Notes under the pieces: model-generated
Told to the model about the DNA's origin: nothing
The model's input: only the letters and a program-made list of their open reading frames with translations
Databases searched by the model: none
Translations under genes and position numbers: made by a program
Part shown: positions 36,484-38,506 of the stretch, piece by piece
Position numbering within the stretch: position 1 is the first letter of the stretch
Layout: every line of letters begins with the position of its first letter
IMG/VR virus record: IMGVR_UViG_3300020045_018958
Span: 1-38,506 of that record
Origin: a virus
Taxonomy: Duplodnaviria > Caudoviricetes
Strand: one strand, 5' to 3'
Length of the DNA: 38,506 nt

Positions 36484-36524
36484 CGACAACAAACGTTTAA
36501 TATCGTTTAATTTATATCTTTGTT
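36484..36524 (+). promoter_or_regulatory. Promoter/operator block B, copy 2
   Basis: CGACAACAAACGTTT-AATATCG-TTTAATTTATATCTTTGTT; ATG begins 7 nt after TATCTTTG ends (near-leaderless). Confidence 0.8.
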
Positions 36525-36528
36525 GTAT

Positions 36529-38506
36529 ATGCGAGGATTGAGTGAAGACATAGAATTTGCCATTAAAGATTCCCTACAAGGGATGGAGCTTAACGTTGAA
36601 ATATCAAAGGTCAGCGATGAGAAATTGTCTGCGCTTGTTAGATCTAGAATAGAATCTTTCATTGCTATCAAAGAACTTTTAGTTTCTTGGCAAAACAGTC
36701 CAAACGCTCCAAGCCACGAAAAATTAAGAAGCTACATCATTGAACTTGTATCAATAGGGAATAACTCGATTGATGTATTGCGTAAAGCCTTAAAAAAAGG
36801 GATAAATTTTGAAGATTTAGATGCCGAGAAATACGGAACTGCAATTCGTTCAAAACCTCTTTTACTTAAAGCAATCACGGATATTAATGCCGGAAACATC
36901 GAATTACAAAACCAAATCGATGCTGACAAATTTGACCTGCAAGAACGGGAATTCAAGAGAGGTTATCCTGAAAAGTTTGCCAACCAAGAGTTTTATCCAT
37001 TAAAAAACTATCATAAAGAATGGTATGATGCCGAAACCGATAGTGTAATGATTTGTCCTTTGGGAACAAAAGGCGAAATCATTACCCTTGATGGACTAAA
37101 TATAATGCTTCCAAAAAAGCCAAAACGTACCGAGATACTTTTTGAAAAATACGCTCCTACTGAACAATATTGGAGAAGACAAGAAATGCCGAAAGGTTTG
37201 ACTCCTGATACCGAAGAAGCCTTTGCGGATTATATAGTAAAGGAATACAAAAGACGTAGAGAAGGGGTTTGGTTTATGAATAACGGACAAGCGGTTTACA
37301 TTACTCCCGAACATTATATGGGGTTGCAATGGAACCAAATGGCAGATACAGGAGGTTATAAAGACTTTCGTATGGCACAGGCGAATATGTATTATTTCGC
37401 CAAAGCGTGTTTGATTGATAAAAGAAGTATTGGAATGTTCTTCACCAAAGGTCGTCGTACCGGATTTACCGAAATGGCAATAGACCATATTGTAGAATTA
37501 TCGACTACAACCAAAAATCAATACATAGGAATCACTTCTAAATCAGATATGGATGCGACAGTAGTATTTCGAAAATACTCTTATGTAATTCAGAATTTAC
37601 CTTTCTTTTTTCAACCGGTTGTAAAAGGAAAAATTGATGATGTAAAGAAAATGGTGTTTGGTAAGCCATCTGATAATTCAAGGGCAGCTAAAAAAACAAA
37701 AGACACTTCGACGTCGGATTACCTAAATACTACAGTCGATTATAGAGCCACAGCGATACTATCTTATGACTCTGTAAAGCTAAACTTTTATTTTGGGGAT
37801 GAAGCCTCAAAATGGGAGCATTTAAGTTATTTAGAGCATTGGTCAAACATCGAACCTACAATGATTCAAGGTGGTAGAGTTGTTGGTAAAGCATTTATTG
37901 GCTCTACAGTAAACCCTATAGCAAAAGGAGGGGAAGATTTTAAAAAAATGGATATTGGCTCAAATGTTTCACGAAGAAATGATAACGGAAGCACCACTAC
38001 AGGGCTATATGCTTATTTCCTACCTGCACATCATAACGCAGAGGATTACACTGACAAATATGGGGTTTGCCATACTATTGTAGAAAAAGGAAAAAGTTTT
38101 GTAAACGCACTAGGAGAGTTAAAATTAATAGGTGCTTTACAGTTCTATGAAAATGAGTTTAAATCAAAAAGGTTATTGGGCGAAAAGAATTATTGGAATG
38201 CTCGACGTTTAAATCCTACTACCAAGGCAGATGCTTTTCGTGACGAGTCAGTTTCTACCATATTTGACCAACAAAAAATTAACGACCAATTAGATTTCAA
38301 CGAAACCTACGATATAAGAAAAACGCTCACAAGAGGAAATTTTTCGTGGGAAGATAACATTCCTGATTCAAGAGTTATTTGGACCCCAACCGAAAAAGGA
38401 AGGTTCTTGGTTGCTTGGATTCCACCTGCTGATATGCAAAACAAATGGGAAATCAAACGCAACGAGTTTGGTCACGTTTCAAAACATCCTGGCAATGATG
38501 ATTTAG
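36529..38506 (+). CDS. terL: Second terminase large subunit with N-terminal TerS-like repeats (partial, runs off window; not in track)
   Basis: 659 codons with no stop, translated by hand; KGRRTGFT, YFGDEASK, IGSTVN, GLYAYFLPA, AFRDES, RGNFSWE align colinearly with 15698-17905. Confidence 0.92.
   Translation, partial: MRGLSEDIEFAIKDSLQGMELNVEISKVSDEKLSALVRSRIESFIAIKELLVSWQNSPNAPSHEKLRSYIIELVSIGNNSIDVLRKALKKGINFEDLDAEKYGTAIRSKPLLLKAITDINAGNIELQNQIDADKFDLQEREFKRGYPEKFANQEFYPLKNYHKEWYDAETDSVMICPLGTKGEIITLDGLNIMLPKKPKRTEILFEKYAPTEQYWRRQEMPKGLTPDTEEAFADYIVKEYKRRREGVWFMNNGQAVYITPEHYMGLQWNQMADTGGYKDFRMAQANMYYFAKACLIDKRSIGMFFTKGRRTGFTEMAIDHIVELSTTTKNQYIGITSKSDMDATVVFRKYSYVIQNLPFFFQPVVKGKIDDVKKMVFGKPSDNSRAAKKTKDTSTSDYLNTTVDYRATAILSYDSVKLNFYFGDEASKWEHLSYLEHWSNIEPTMIQGGRVVGKAFIGSTVNPIAKGGEDFKKMDIGSNVSRRNDNGSTTTGLYAYFLPAHHNAEDYTDKYGVCHTIVEKGKSFVNALGELKLIGALQFYENEFKSKRLLGEKNYWNARRLNPTTKADAFRDESVSTIFDQQKINDQLDFNETYDIRKTLTRGNFSWEDNIPDSRVIWTPTEKGRFLVAWIPPADMQNKWEIKRNEFGHVSKHPGNDDL

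Noticed and set aside
36732-37488. Track ORFs 36732-36956, 36821-37003 and 37096-37488
   Set aside because: Shadows of the long second terL frame

Overview
AT-rich fragment of a tailed dsDNA phage genome, very likely a podovirus of Bacteroidota/Flavobacteriaceae. The basis is TAnnTTTG promoters, AT-rich translation starts without Shine-Dalgarno sequences, and a head/tail gene set that from recall resembles Cellulophaga phi38:1-like and crAss-related phages; no database search was possible. Left to right: (1) a structured RNA region (1-1606) with two tRNA-like genes lacking a normal anticodon arm, a four-times-repeated covarying hairpin, a NUMOD4-HNH-AP2 endonuclease and a circularly permuted (two-piece) tmRNA gene; (2) small hypothetical genes and SSB; (3) a minus-strand HNH-groEL-groES operon; (4) an SGNH-esterase tail fibre and a lysis cassette; (5) a tandem-GroES-like gene, putative TerS, TerL, portal, scaffold, major capsid, tail ring/stabilisation genes, a second fibre and a beta-helix tailspike; (6) a second, divergent terminase large subunit gene, absent from the ORF track and running off the right edge, with two TerS-like repeats fused at its N-terminus. 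Two distinct families of repeated regulatory sites mark the late genes. All protein calls rest on motifs read by eye and on gene order.
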